64,000 nucleotides of DNA from an uncultured Methanosarcinaceae archaeon (GTDB taxonomy: Archaea; Halobacteriota; Methanosarcinia; Methanosarcinales; Methanosarcinaceae). Location of the stretch: the NCBI GenBank assembly GCA_963833425.1, contig CAWHXP010000008.1, positions 276,578-340,577 of the forward strand. Direction: 5' to 3'. The notes under the pieces are model-generated. The model searched no databases and was not told the DNA's origin. It saw only the letters and a list, made by a program, of their open reading frames with translations. The translations under genes were made by a program, and so were the position numbers. Of this stretch, positions 47,269-59,487 are shown in pieces (the stretch's first letter is position 1; each line of letters opens with the position of its first letter).

Positions 47269-48057
47269 AATATAATTTCACTCACATACTCCTAAAATTA
47301 GAATTTTTTTCGTTTCTTTTAGATATCCATAAAGGGATTAGCTTGGAAGTGTATTTAAATCTCAATATCATCCAAGCTAGTTTATTTACTTACTTTCTTT
47401 GAGTTTTGATTATATTATTTTTGTATATTCATACCTGACTTCTATTATTTAGTCCAGTCAAAGAGCCGACAGATTTCTGCAGGACTGGAAACTTCTTCTA
47501 GCATCGGGATAAAATTTTAGAAGAAAATGGAATCATCAATTTTGTTAGATCCTTATATTCGAAGTTAATAAGAGGTATTGCTTTGAGTTTAGTATAACAT
47601 TTAGTGATAGTGATCATGTGAGCTTTTCGTTGGTTTAGACCAAAATAATCTTCTTCAAGAGTTATGAGGATCATAAGAAGTATCACAGAAAAATAAAATA
47701 ATACTTTGAGATTAAAAAACGATCTTGAGGTTAGGAACTTGGGGGATGATAGAGGTTACATTAGTAACTGTGGTGATGGGACAACTTCCGATCTAATTTA
47801 AAAAGTATGTTGGGACTATGGGAAACCATGCATAAAAAAATACATATAATCAAAATTATGCGAATGTAAATGTATTCTATTATTCGGTTGCCTATTTCCC
47901 CACTTTATTCATTGAAATTTAGATTAATTTTTAAGCTACTGTCACATTAAGAAAATGGATGACATTTTTGTATAAGTCTTCAAAAAAATGGACAAAACAA
48001 CTTTGATTAATAACATCCACCGATAATTTTAAAAATAGATTTTCTGATTCTTACATC

Positions 48058-48957
48058 ATGGAACTGAAGAGAGAGAATGTGCTCATTGAAGCCTTACCCT
48101 ATATGCAGGAATTTTGTGATTCAATAATGGTTATCAAGGTGGGTGGGAACGCAATGATCAGCGCCCAGATATTGGAGGATATAATTAAAGATGTTCTACT
48201 GCTACGCTATGTGGGGATCAAACCCGTTATTGTACATGGGGGTGGGCCTGAGATAACGGAAAAAATGGAGCGTATGGGTAAAAAGGCTGAATTTTACCAG
48301 GGGCTCCGTATCACAGACGACGAAACTATGGAAATTGCCAGGATGGTTCTCGTTGGAAATATCAATACCAAAATGGTATCCCTCATCGGAGTTTTAGGAG
48401 GAAAAGGTATTGGTCTCACGGGATATGATGGAAGAATGATCTTGGGTCATAAGCAAGCTACCAAGAAAGTAGTTATTGAGGGTATTGAAACAGATGTGGA
48501 TATTGGCTGGGTAGGGGAAAGTGAAGTTATAAATCCTGACATTCTCCATATGGTTCTTGAAAAAGGTTACATTCCAGTTATCTCTCCAATCGCTGTGGAT
48601 GCGAAGGGAAATGCCTTGAATATTAATGCTGATACGGTAGCGAGCGATATTGCAGCAGCTCTGCATGCCAAAAAATTACTACTGATGACGGACGTTTCAG
48701 GTCTTCTAAGAAACCTAAAGGATCCTCGCAGTCGTATATCTTGTGTAACTCCGGATGATGTCGATCTTCTTATCGCTGAGGGCATTATACATGGGGGCAT
48801 GATCCCAAAAATTAAGGGCGCTGCAATGGCAGTAAAAAGTGGGGTTGAAAAAGCTCATATAATCAATGGAAGCTTTTCTCACTCAATGCTTCTTGAACTC
48901 TTTACCAATTGTGGAGTTGGAACCATGGTCTACGAGCCGGAGAGGCCTCATAAGTAA
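48058..48957 (+). CDS. argB: Acetylglutamate kinase
   Basis: LIEALPY, VIKVGGNAM, VHGGGPEI, GLRITD, NINADT, GGMIPKI, LLELFT. Confidence 0.97.
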   Translation: MELKRENVLIEALPYMQEFCDSIMVIKVGGNAMISAQILEDIIKDVLLLRYVGIKPVIVHGGGPEITEKMERMGKKAEFYQGLRITDDETMEIARMVLVGNINTKMVSLIGVLGGKGIGLTGYDGRMILGHKQATKKVVIEGIETDVDIGWVGESEVINPDILHMVLEKGYIPVISPIAVDAKGNALNINADTVASDIAAALHAKKLLLMTDVSGLLRNLKDPRSRISCVTPDDVDLLIAEGIIHGGMIPKIKGAAMAVKSGVEKAHIINGSFSHSMLLELFTNCGVGTMVYEPERPHK

Positions 48958-50835
48958 TTTGTGAAAAATCGGAATTTCTTATGGATTATTAATTAGTAAC
49001 AATTTTATAGTGAAGGTTATGAAGCTGCTCATCAGACCAACTAGTTCCAAGATGCTGAAAATATCGTTGGAATGCGAAGGCAAAAAGAATTCAATGTAAA
49101 TATCCTTGTCTTAACACCGAAAACATTGTCTTTACCTAAGAATTTCTCAGAAATATACGTAGAGACGGTTATATGTTGGTAGCTGAACTTAAAAGAAAAG
49201 TAATAATATGGCACGTATCTTTCTTCAGAGGATTTCGATAAACCTTTTATTTTAAAGAGTCATTTACTACAACTTATAGGCATAGGAGGAAATTTAAGGG
49301 TTTATCAAAATTTTTTTCAGTACTTCACTAACTAGTACCCGATAATTTCAAAAGAAGACCTACTTGGTTTACAACAATGGCATGCTCTCTACGACTTCGA
49401 ATCTGATAAACAATTTACTAATTTAATTTTAATACAGGGTATTTCTTGGTTTTTCTGAGCATACATTATTCAGAGCCACAATATTAACATTCAGCAAAAA
49501 ATAGTGATTATGAAAAATAGATGGGATAAGGAACAATTGCAAAGCCAACTTCATTTCTTTGGTTTGGAAATAAAAAATGCTACATCCATAATAAACTATT
49601 CAAAATCAAATATTTTAATTTACTTATATGCTTCCTACATCCTGATTTTCCTCATTTTCGACATACTTCTCAAATTAAATCAGAAGTTGTTATATCATAA
49701 GTTACACCTTACGACACAGTTTACCAACTTATAATTGATTTTAATATATGATTATTTTGTTAATTTTTTTTTTGCTTTGATAATTTTTGTTATCTGCGCT
49801 CTCTTTAAAGATATATTTTGGTTTAGAATCAACTAGCATAAATACCTATATTGTTTACAATCATCGTTTGTCATGACTTGGAAATTAATTAAGGATCCTC
49901 TCTTAAAATAGTAAACATGTTACACCTTATGTGACCCTGCAAGATCAAGGGCATTTAATAAAGAGCTGTAATTTTCGGAATTTGAGATATAACGATTGAA
50001 TTTTTTGTTCTCCATAGTCTTCGGTTTTTATCGTATTTTGTTTTGAAGGGTGAGAACTCCAAGTCTCTAGAGCAAGTTCAGGTTCATTGCAGCTACAACT
50101 TTCTACATTGACCACCTATATTATTTATGCTCCATCCATTCAATTTTTTTGTTCAAACCACCTTTCTTTTTCAATAGCTTAGTTTTTCCTAATATAAGGC
50201 TTGATTGATTAAAGTTTCAATATTTCAGTCCTAATAGCTATCAGTTTGCTTAGTATCTAGCTCTTTCCATCCAACATGTTGGCACCATTTCAAATAGGTA
50301 AAATCTGCTAAATAAATAAGGGACGGGGCATTTATAGGCTCAAGGCAAGGTTTTTATACAATGGCAAAGTGGTATATGAAACTGACATCATAAAATCGAT
50401 CCCAGCGTCGCTAAATTAATTGTATTTTAAAAAAAAGTAGGGTGTATTAGTGAGCTTAGTTGTTTAAATGAATGTTTGGAATAATTTTGTAAATAATATT
50501 TAAAAAGATATAAAATAATTTGGCAAGTATAATTTTATACTGACTAAATTATTTCATATCTTGCATGCTATATTATAGTTTCAATCTAAATAACTGGAAA
50601 AATGGGAATTTGCGATTAAGAACTTAAAAAATGCCCCTGTATATATAAAATTTATTTTAATATAAAATGGAACTAGTGATGGTATTATTATAATTGGACA
50701 AATAAAAAAGAGACAACTATTTTGTCGACAGTTTGTTTTTATTAAAGTGAAATTTTAGACAGTTCCTGTAGACAATTACCGGAGGGAAGCTCACGCCAAT
50801 AATAATAGATTCGATACTAATTAATAAGTCAATAG

Positions 50836-51865
50836 ATGTCGCAACTCAACTAAAGTTCATCATTCCTGGCCTATAACGAGGAAACCTCCGTTGCGGAAAC
50901 TGTGAGAAGCGTGCTTGAGCAGACATGTCCTCCAGCAAGAGTGATCGTTGTAGATGACTGTTCCACAGATAGGACTGGAGAATTGGCAAGTCAGGCAGGT
51001 GCTGAGGTCATAAGGCCACCGAAGAACACAGGCTCCAAGGCAGGCGCTCAGAATTATGCCTTGCAATTAACTGATACCAAGTATACTATGGCAATAGATG
51101 CCGATACTACACTTGCTCCTGACGGCATAGAAAAACTCATTTCACCACTTGAGAATGAAGAGGTGGCTGCATCCTGTGGCTTCGTCATCCCAAGATATAT
51201 CAGCACCATTTGGGAACGAGGTCGATATATAGAATATCTTCTCGCTTTCACTTTCTACAAGCCGACTCAGGACTATTACGGCAAGCCAATAATGTCTTCA
51301 GGTTGCTTTTCGGCCTACAACACTGACAAGTTGAAGGAGATTGGTGGCTGGTCTGAACGTACCAGGGCGGAAGACATGTACTTGACCTGGAGCTTCTATG
51401 AGGTTGGCTACAAAGTTCGCTTTATTCCAGAAGCTGTTTGCTACCCGCTCGAGCCCCACAATTTCAACTTCATGAGCAAGCAGTTGAAGCGCTGGTCTCA
51501 CGGGTTTGTGCAGGAATGTACGGCTCCACTGGAGAAAGATCCTCAGATTACCGCTACTTAGCTCCATTGTAGGGATTTCCATGTGGGATGCAATCATAGC
51601 TTCAATTACATATCTGATATTACTTCCCATACTTGTGATATTTCTTAAGAATCCTTTTTTACTGCTTTTTTACATAATTGATCTTCCGACTATTCTCTTT
51701 CCGGTTATGGTAAAAGCGATTCAAAGGAAAGAGTTTTTTAGGGTTTTAGTTTCAATTGCTTGTTTTTTCATACTCAGAACTGTCAACGCCATATTTATGC
51801 TTGAAGCCATCTGGACGGACTATATACTTAATAAACCTCTCTTAGTTTATGAAAAAGGACACTAA
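50836..51865 (+). pseudogene. GT2 family membrane glycosyltransferase, frameshifted
   Basis: IIP/AYNEE broken near 50867; VVDDCSTD, IDADT, AED, QLKRW motifs; second frameshift near 51510 before the TM tail. Confidence 0.85.
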
Positions 51866-51888
51866 TTTTGTTAGAAAGGAGAATAATC

Positions 51889-52272
51889 GTGAATAGTGCA
51901 GGACTACCAGGAACAGGTATAGGGGGATTATTCTATATACTTTTAGCGTTGTGTATGCCATTTTTTGAGCTGTACCAGACCATCCTTGGTAGGAGCAGCC
52001 TTGAGAGATGGAAACTGGTCCTCAGGCAACTTGCTATCACCTTACTGATTCTGGCTGGAGCTGGAGGAACTTTCTTTCTGTCTTTTGAGCTTTTCGGTTT
52101 AAAGAATCCTGCTGCTTTGATGGTTGGCAATGCTGAACTGACGACTGAAGCCTTCTTCATTTTGCCTTTAGTAATTTCCTGGAGCTTATTGATTCTGGTT
52201 CTTGTTGGCATCAGAACCTGGGCACTTGTCGAGGTGGTTAGCAGCCGCAGGGGGAAGAAATTATATCCTTAG
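51889..52272 (+). CDS. Hypothetical membrane protein co-oriented with the GT2 gene
   Basis: GTG behind AGGAGA; AGLPGTGIGGLFYILLAL and three hydrophobic segments. Confidence 0.7.
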   Translation: MNSAGLPGTGIGGLFYILLALCMPFFELYQTILGRSSLERWKLVLRQLAITLLILAGAGGTFFLSFELFGLKNPAALMVGNAELTTEAFFILPLVISWSLLILVLVGIRTWALVEVVSSRRGKKLYP

Positions 52273-52464
52273 TTAAATATAATTTATTTCTGATTCCCAA
52301 CGAAAAACTTGTAGAGCCAATACGATATGATAAAAGGAAATAGATATTAGTTCTATTATAATGAAAATAGCTCTTGTTTCCGCCATAAAACAGCATCTTT
52401 GAAAACTTTCACATAACTTGAACATCCTTTTGTTCATTAGCCATACATTCTGTTTATTCTGAAA

Positions 52465-52480
52465 TTTTTGCAACAGAACC
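52465..52480 (-). mobile_element. Solo IS6-type terminal inverted repeat
   Basis: GGTTCTGTTGCAAAAA, one mismatch from the TIR ending at 7966; no adjacent transposase seen. Confidence 0.6.
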
Positions 52481-52659
52481 GAAATTTAAACATCATGTTT
52501 TTACCAGAAAATGCAGAAAAAGTAATTCTAGGTGGAACTTCTGGTAACTATAGATACAATTACGTCACCAAAAAGACAATAAGGAACCATATCATATTAA
52601 AAAATAGATCAAGTTAAGATGAAAAATCTAAGCATTTGATGACTCGTGACTTTCTATAG

Positions 52660-52981
52660 TATGAGCGAACTTCACGTCGGCCATAATCATTAGGGAACCT
52701 TCTCTCCAAAATCCACATGCAAACCTGGTAGTTTTCAGCTTCTGCTGCCGCGTTTAGTCACTGTAGACATTTCAAACCCCTTCTGCATTGCATTTCTCTA
52801 TATGTTTATAAAATTCAAAGTATTCTCCAGATTCTGACTTTTTGCCTTTCTGCACCCAATCATTAAAAGTCTGATATGTTAGTCCTGAGGATGCTGCTGC
52901 AAGGCCATAAGTCATCCCAAGCACCACATTCTCACCAATTAGCTGTGTTATGTTGGGGGTTAATTTTGAAGGTCTTGCCAT
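52660..52981 (-). pseudogene. Terminase-small-subunit-like HTH protein, frameshifted
   Basis: MARPSKLT...AAASSGLTYQTFNDWVQKG...; continues in another frame as LQ*LNAAAEAENYQVCMWILERRFPNDYGRR, a W.LERR.P..(W/Y)GR motif seen in phage TerS-like proteins. Confidence 0.7.
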
Positions 52982-53607
52982 GATAATCCCGTTTTTTACT
53001 TCTTATAAATAATATGAGTGACTCTTATACTTAATATTTACTTAGTTTACTCATGCATGAAGCCGCAATTAGGACTATCGACATCTACTAGGCTCATAGA
53101 TTTCTGTTCATAGAGATTCAGTCTCTTTACGTATGCTTTTATTAAAGTAGTCATGATACCTTCTAACATTTATTTAGACTTGGAGTCAAAAAGGCGATTG
53201 TGCAGCGATTTAAGCCATGTTCTTGGGCTAGATATGGTATATTCCATCAGAACAGTCAAAAAACTCAATGTAGGACAGGAGATTAAGCCTATTGAGGTAA
53301 CATGGAAAAAAAGCTTAACGAGATAATTTTAGCGGATAAAATGAAGTAGAAGAAATCTCATTTTGGAATTCGAGTATATTAATCGGCCAATATTACGTCT
53401 TGGTTTTTATATAAGCCAGTAAAAAGTTGCTACTTCTATTGTTTTAGAGGTATGAACCAGTATAGTAGTCACAATATCATATATTCACTTTCGGAACGTT
53501 AGGTAAGTTCTTGAAATCGTTACAGTTATTTTAATTTTACTATTAAAATATAAATATATATCTATATATACACTATTTTTTATAGATATAATTCAAAGTC
53601 GAAACAA

Positions 53608-53878
53608 AATTACACAAATTTCGGATTTCATAGACGAAAAATTACACCTTATTTAAAGAGAAATGAGTATGTAGAAACATTAAAAAATAAAAATTATACA
53701 AATTACACATTGTAGGAATAACCTATAGCTTCTTTATAGAGACTAGAATTAAGATTTCTCTTTATAGGTATATAGTCCTAATCTGTGTAATTTGTATAAT
53801 TTTATAGTTAAAGTAGTCCATTAGATATCAAAAAATGATATTCTAGTTGTGTAATTTCTGTGTAATTTCTGTGTAATT
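53608..53878. repeat. Convergent iteron-like array (AATTACAC/AATTATAC), candidate element origin
   Basis: Forward copies at 53608, 53640, 53692, 53701; reverse copies at 53784, 53793, 53848, 53859, 53870; perfect 20-bp inverted repeat 53690-53709 / 53784-53803. Confidence 0.85.
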
Positions 53879-54259
53879 CTTTTAATTTAAAGGGATTATA
53901 AACAGTTTGAGTTATCATCACGATCTAATTATTCCTTGACAGAATATTGAGCTAATCTCAAGATCAAAGATGTTTGTAATCTACCTAGTTAACTACATTT
54001 CAGCTTCTCCCTTTGTTTTTGTCCAAAATCTGATCGTTTCTATGATTGGACTTATTGTTTCGTCTTGTGGAAGATATTGTCTTCATTAATACTTTCATAG
54101 TTAAGACCAGTAAGTTCTTCTGCAATTGATCGTTTCATCCTAACTCCTGCGAAAGTCTTTTTTTCTCTAGTAATTCTGTTAGTACCAGCTCTCTGATAAG
54201 ATTCTTATTTTGTATCTGATGCACTCTTTTTAGACGAAGTTTAGTCAGATATACTAGGA

Positions 54260-54688
54260 ATGCCAAAAAAAATTAGTACGTCCATAAACACTAATATTTA
54301 TGGCAAACATTGGTATTTTGAAATTCCAGCTGATGACTTAGACCGTGCGAAGCGCTTCTACCACTCCCTGCTCGGGTGGAAGATTGAACCGACCAAAGCT
54401 CCTGTCCCTGATACATTGATGCGGTATCAGGATATCGTAACAGGAGATTCAAATGTAGGTACTCCTATGGGTGGTACTCTCAGCATGGGTGGGATGCATA
54501 AGCGGAGGATGAACGAGTCAATCGTCAACTATGTGATGGTAGACGATATCGACGAAAAGATTACGACGGTAGAGAAACTGGGAGGAAAGATCGCCGTACA
54601 AAAACGGGAATTAGAGTTCTTGGGGCAGTTTGTGATCATCCAAGACACCGAAGGAAACGTCATAGCTCTCTTCAAGCCAAAAATGTAG
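54260..54688 (+). CDS. VOC/glyoxalase family protein (native start at 54300 appears frameshifted)
   Basis: YFEIPADDLDRAKRFY..LLGW, NYVMVDDID, GGKI, QDTEGNVIAL; ATG GCA AAC ATT at 54300 is out of frame with the body of the gene. Confidence 0.8.
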   Translation: MPKKISTSINTNIYGKHWYFEIPADDLDRAKRFYHSLLGWKIEPTKAPVPDTLMRYQDIVTGDSNVGTPMGGTLSMGGMHKRRMNESIVNYVMVDDIDEKITTVEKLGGKIAVQKRELEFLGQFVIIQDTEGNVIALFKPKM

Positions 54689-54769
54689 ATGATACATTCC
54701 AAGACTTTACCGAAGAATAGTGAATTATCGCAGATAAAGACAGAGCGGTGGTTCGTTATTATATGCAAA

Positions 54770-55006
54770 AAAGCTTCATATTCTAACATATCCATATTCC
54801 GCATAAAGAATTCGATGCTTATCTCTTGAAGCTGATTCTGTCTCGGTAACCAGATACACTTGCTCACATCTTTTGTAATATGCCACTACCACACGCTTGC
54901 GGCACCGTCTATAACATCATAAACATAATCCCCGTTTCATAGCCCCACTTGTGCTGTATTTTCTTTGCGAGAGCACATATTCTAATGACTTTTCTGAGAG
55001 GTCCAT
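54770..55006 (-). pseudogene. 3'-truncated hypothetical protein, paralog of 8363-8680
   Basis: MDLSEK / ICALAKKIQHKW / SVW*WHITKDVSKCIWLPRQNQLQEISIEFFMRNMDMLEYEAFLH, with frameshift and stop. Confidence 0.7.
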
Positions 55007-55182
55007 GTCAATCATTCTCGAAATGAATTATTGAGTTATAGGTTAAAAGGAAACTCCGAGTTATGTGAAAGTATTCAAAGCGGAATAGTTCAGGATAAAG
55101 CACAACATTTAAGAATTTCTTTACAATTAACCTCATTCATGATGATTTTAAATTGATCTTACAAGAAAGAGGCATATACTGC

Positions 55183-55886
55183 ATGTGTGGAGCGTATGGA
55201 TTTTCAATAAAAAACATAAAAGATGTGTATGATAGGTTTTTTATAGAAAATACTTTAGAGAATTTTAAACCAAGATGGAACATCAGCCCAGGACAATTAA
55301 ATCCTTTATCGTCAATCACGAGAAAAAGGAAATTGATTTGATTTTTTGGGGACTACTCCCTAATTTTGCCGAAGATGAGCATTATAAATACAAAGCGATA
55401 AATGCTAAAGCTGAAACATTTGATAAATTGCCTACATTCCGCCAACCGTTTCTTCATAAACGTTGTTTTATCCCAGCGATAGGGTTTTACGAACCAGATC
55501 AGATTCATTTTTTAAAAAATCCCTTCCAGTGGCACTATTTCCAGATGAAAGACCATTCAATTTTTGCCTTTGCTGGGCTGTATGACGTTTGGAAAGATAA
55601 AAAGAACATGAAAGAAATCCATAACTACACGATCATTACTACAATACCTAATACGACTGTTGGCAAATATCATGATAGAATGCCTGTTATTTTAGAAAAA
55701 GAGGATGAAGACGTATGGTTGAATCCTGATATTGTTGAAGCGGATCAGCTTTGCCCCTTATTGAAGCCCTTGCCTGACGAAAAAATTGAAGAATGGGAAG
55801 TTGGAGATGAAGCAAGAAATCCAAGAAACGATTATCCAGAAGTTATTGAGCCATTTAAAACCAACAGGCAAAGAAGCTCATTCTAG
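55183..55886 (+). pseudogene. SOS response-associated peptidase (SRAP/YedK/HMCES), frameshifted near 55303
   Basis: N-terminal MCG, RWNISPGQ, then WGLLP, INAKAET, RCFIPAIGFYE, FAGLYD, YHDRMPVIL in another frame. Confidence 0.9.
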
Positions 55887-56048
55887 TAATTTTTTATTAC
55901 TGTAGAATCTACGAAGGATAGAGATTTATGGTTCCGACAGTAGCTGGAAAAATACTCTCCTCGTTGACTTGACAGAACCAAAAAATAAATCCTGAATACT
56001 TTCACCTAACTCCCTTTAACCTTATGATCTTTTATAATCTGATATTTC

Positions 56049-57157
56049 ATGATGCTTGCTCTCAATCCTAAAGCAAACAATACCGACAGGTGGATAGTTC
56101 TTCATGTAGATATGGACAGTTTTTTTGCGTCCGTGGAGGTCAGGGAAATGCCAGGAATAAAAGGACTGCCTGTTGTGGTGGGTTCTGACCCTAAAGGGGG
56201 GTCAGGCAGAGGAGTTGTAAGCACCTGTTCTTACGAGGCACGAAAATACGGAATTCATTCGGCAATGCCAATTTCACAGGCATATAAACTCTGTCCTGAG
56301 GCTGTCTTTTTGCCTGTCAACATGAAAGCTTTATGCACAGGTTTCGGCAAACGTAATGGAGATCATGAAAGGGTTTGCTGAGAAGTTTCAGCAGGCGAGT
56401 GTTGATGAAGCCTATCTAGTGCCAGGACCTGAGATAAAGAGTTTTGAAGAGGCTGCAATTTGTGCTCTCAAGATCAAAGATGAAGTTCAACGTCAGGAAA
56501 GAATTACATGTTCAGTTGGAGTCGGACCGAATAAGCTTATTGAAAAGATCGCTTCAGGTTTTCAGAAACCGGATGGTCTTACAGTTGTTCGACCTGAAGA
56601 TGTCAGATACTTTTTTTTCGCTAAACGTCTCAAAAATCCCTGGAATAGGTGAAAAAACAACAGAATCCCTAAAATTGATGGGGATAACCAAAGCTGAGTA
56701 GCTAGCAAGCTGTGATATCCATAGGCTTTCTGAAAGGTTCGGGAAAATGGGGCTCTGGATGAAGCAGGTGGCGTATGGTCTAGATTTCAGTGAAGTAAAG
56801 GAATGGGAGGAAGCGGTAAAGTCAATAAGCAGGAGTGGGACATTTGAGGAGGATACAAACGATCCTGTAAAAATTGCTGGCTTTCTGGAAATGCTTGCTG
56901 AGAGTGTTCATAGAGCTCTCCTAAGAGATAGTTTTCTTTTCAAAAAAGTAAATCTTAAAGTTCGCTATTAAGACTTTTCCACATATACACGCTCAAAGAC
57001 TATCCCAGTCTGGACTTCGGATATCTTCGTGATTAAAAGGACAGCGATTCAGCTCCTTTCGGAGTTTATTGGAAGTCAAAAGTTTAGACTTGTTGGTGTG
57101 GGGGTTACAAAACTTAGGGAAAGAGACGAGAGGGAAACCCTGATTACAGATTTCTAA
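56049..57157 (+). pseudogene. dinB: DNA polymerase IV (Y family), several frameshifts and stops
   Basis: [57 protein letters not shown]-box-like ETLITDF; TAG at 56699, TAA at 56969. Confidence 0.93.
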
Positions 57158-57797
57158 AAATCCAGTTTTCGAATGGAAACCCCGGGGTTATATAAATATA
57201 AATATCTTTTATAAGTTTAGTTAATTCTTCCTATATTGTTATGCACGTTACTACCTATCCACTACAGCTCACACGACAACTTTAGACTAACTTTTTATCC
57301 CTATCGAAGGCTTACAAACAAATTTTTGCGCACTATACCCTTGCGCATTTTTTCAGGTAAACCCTTAGATGGGTTTTTAACTTAGTCCATACTTGTAGCA
57401 TGGCTATGTTCCGCTATAGAAAAACCAGCAAAACTAAGTTGGTCCAAAGTTGGTTCAGGTTCCGATATATTATAGGAATCATTATGATTCTTGCCTTTGA
57501 GTGCTATTTCCTGGTAATGAGACTGATTAACTTTCTAATTGTGAAGCTTTACACTGATTTTGCAACAAAGCCAGATTTTTTGCACGACAACCAGTTTAAG
57601 GAAAGAATTTCCAAAGTACTTAGAAAAACATAACCTTGGATATCGATATCATACAGCTATCTGGGCTTCAATTAATCTACTATTGGATAAACACAGTGAA
57701 AAATACTTTTTTATTCAACTTAATAAATGGGTTGTGGTGCAAAAATCTCTTTATGAATCTCCAAAACACAGGTGATATGCTCGTTTTTTATATTTGA

Positions 57798-58020
57798 TCA
57801 ATGACTCACAGAAACGATTAATTTATGGTAAATTTGAAATGTCTTATGATAAGGTTCATCACCCACATACCTTTTCCATTCCTCTGGTGTGAGATTCCGG
57901 GTTAAATGATTGCTGATTTCGTTTATAAGATCTTCGGTATTAATTATCCACAGCTTTGCGGTTTTGTCATTACTCGCCGTAGCGAAGTATTTCCCATCCC
58001 CGTAGCAAGATGCTGTATTC
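57798..58020 (-). pseudogene. C-terminal fragment of a WD40-repeat protein
   Basis: DGKYFATASNDKTAKLW followed by DLINE...LTRNLTPEEWKRYVGDEPY. Confidence 0.75.
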
Positions 58021-58477
58021 AACTGAAATAAATTGATACTTTTTAAACCAATTTTTGTATTTTTGGTTCAGAAAGCGCCATATTACTCTAGTTTAGGATA
58101 AAAATACAAACCAAAAAACTACAATAGCTGAATTTAGATATTATATGCATCTGACGGATTTATGATTTAATTTATTAAGTCATTTGGAGCAGAATCCCAT
58201 ATTTCGCAAATGAAACAAAATGTATCTATTTTCGTAATATGAAACGCTTAAAAACAGATTTATACTTCAATAATAATAATAGTAGGCAAATAGGAACCCA
58301 ATTTATAAGCATGCATAGCATCCGTAGAAAGTCGGCAAAATTACTGCAAAAGCTAAATATCCACACACTTTTCTCAGAAGCCGTATAAAAAAAGAATCTG
58401 AAAAATCAGTAAAAGACTAGAGAATCGTCAGAAAAGACAAAAGCCAGGTAAAAAGTGTAAAAACAGAGTGCAAAATT

Positions 58478-58666
58478 TTAATTTGCAAGAATGAGAGCTT
58501 CTCCGCGTGATATATTAATTTCTTTTATTGAACCTTCTAAGGTCATTTTATCCCCAAGAATTCCTGTAAGCTGGATCGAATTTCCTTCGACCAGGATTTT
58601 TGCCACGGAATCCATAACCCTTTCGCGCTTGTTTCCTTGAAGCAAGATAACATTAAGTTCGCACAT
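58478..58666 (-). CDS. CooT family nickel-binding protein
   Basis: 62 aa, MCELNV...VMDSV...TGILGDKMTLEGSIKEIN; GGAG SD. Confidence 0.85.
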   Translation of the reverse strand: MCELNVILLQGNKRERVMDSVAKILVEGNSIQLTGILGDKMTLEGSIKEINISRGEALILAN

Positions 58667-59269
58667 CTTTAATTTCTCCACGAAATCCTTTATAATTTAT
58701 TTAAACTATTAACTCAATCCGAATTAAACAAAATCTATTAATCAATATATAAATAATTTCATTATATTAATCTTGTGTCGTACCCATAAATTAGTAGCAA
58801 CTTACAAAAATATATTGCGAGTATTTTGACAAAATTCTATTCATTTGATTAATAGAGCGTTAAGATCTCTAACAATAATAATTATTTATCTAAATTTTTA
58901 CTGATTTTACTCTTGAATAAAATATGAACTCATTTAGTTTATAATACCTACATAACAATTTGTGGAATTCGGAAGTTTACCAAAGTTCTTTTAGGTTTGT
59001 GAAAATCTCCCAAAATAATAAAAATATAATCAATATAAAATTATGTTTTTTACAACATTTTGTGGAAAAATGCATTTGTCCTGAAACTATTCTAAAATAT
59101 GGTTAATATAAAATTGTTGTTAGATTTTGAAACATTTTATAGGAAAATAAGTTTTATTCATAAATTATTTTTTGTATAATTAATTTAAAATAACGAGGGG
59201 GAAAATTGTACATTGCAGCTTAAAGTGAGCAGATGAAAAGTTAAAGAGTGAAAAATGACCGATAGAATG

Positions 59270-59487
59270 TTAGAGCATACGGATACTTCAGGATTTTTGA
59301 TGCTGAAACTGGCAAAGAATTGTTGGAATTCAATGTAAGAGCTCCAATTGGCATAGGTGGACCATCTATAGGAGACGGTATACTGGTACCCAGAGGAAAC
59401 ATCATAGAAGCCGCCAACTCAGGAGGCTATATCGTTACTTTAGGCTTGCCTGAGAAACAAATATACAGTTCTACCGGCAAAAATTAG
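59270..59487 (+). pseudogene. C-terminal fragment of a PQQ-binding-like beta-propeller protein
   Basis: FDAETGKELLEFNVRAPIGIGGPSIGDGILVP...GGYIVTLGLP; no upstream coding region. Confidence 0.6.

Noticed and set aside
55930..55979. Mini-element bounded by GGTTC... inverted ends
   Set aside because: Only 8 of 11 bases match and no target duplication is visible.
56611..56620. Programmed frameshift or phase variation at the T-run in dinB
   Set aside because: It is only one of at least four independent lesions in the gene.
56699..56701. Pyrrolysine at in-frame TAGs in dinB (also 13803 and ~60695)
   Set aside because: The same genes also carry frameshifts or TAA stops, so readthrough would not restore them.
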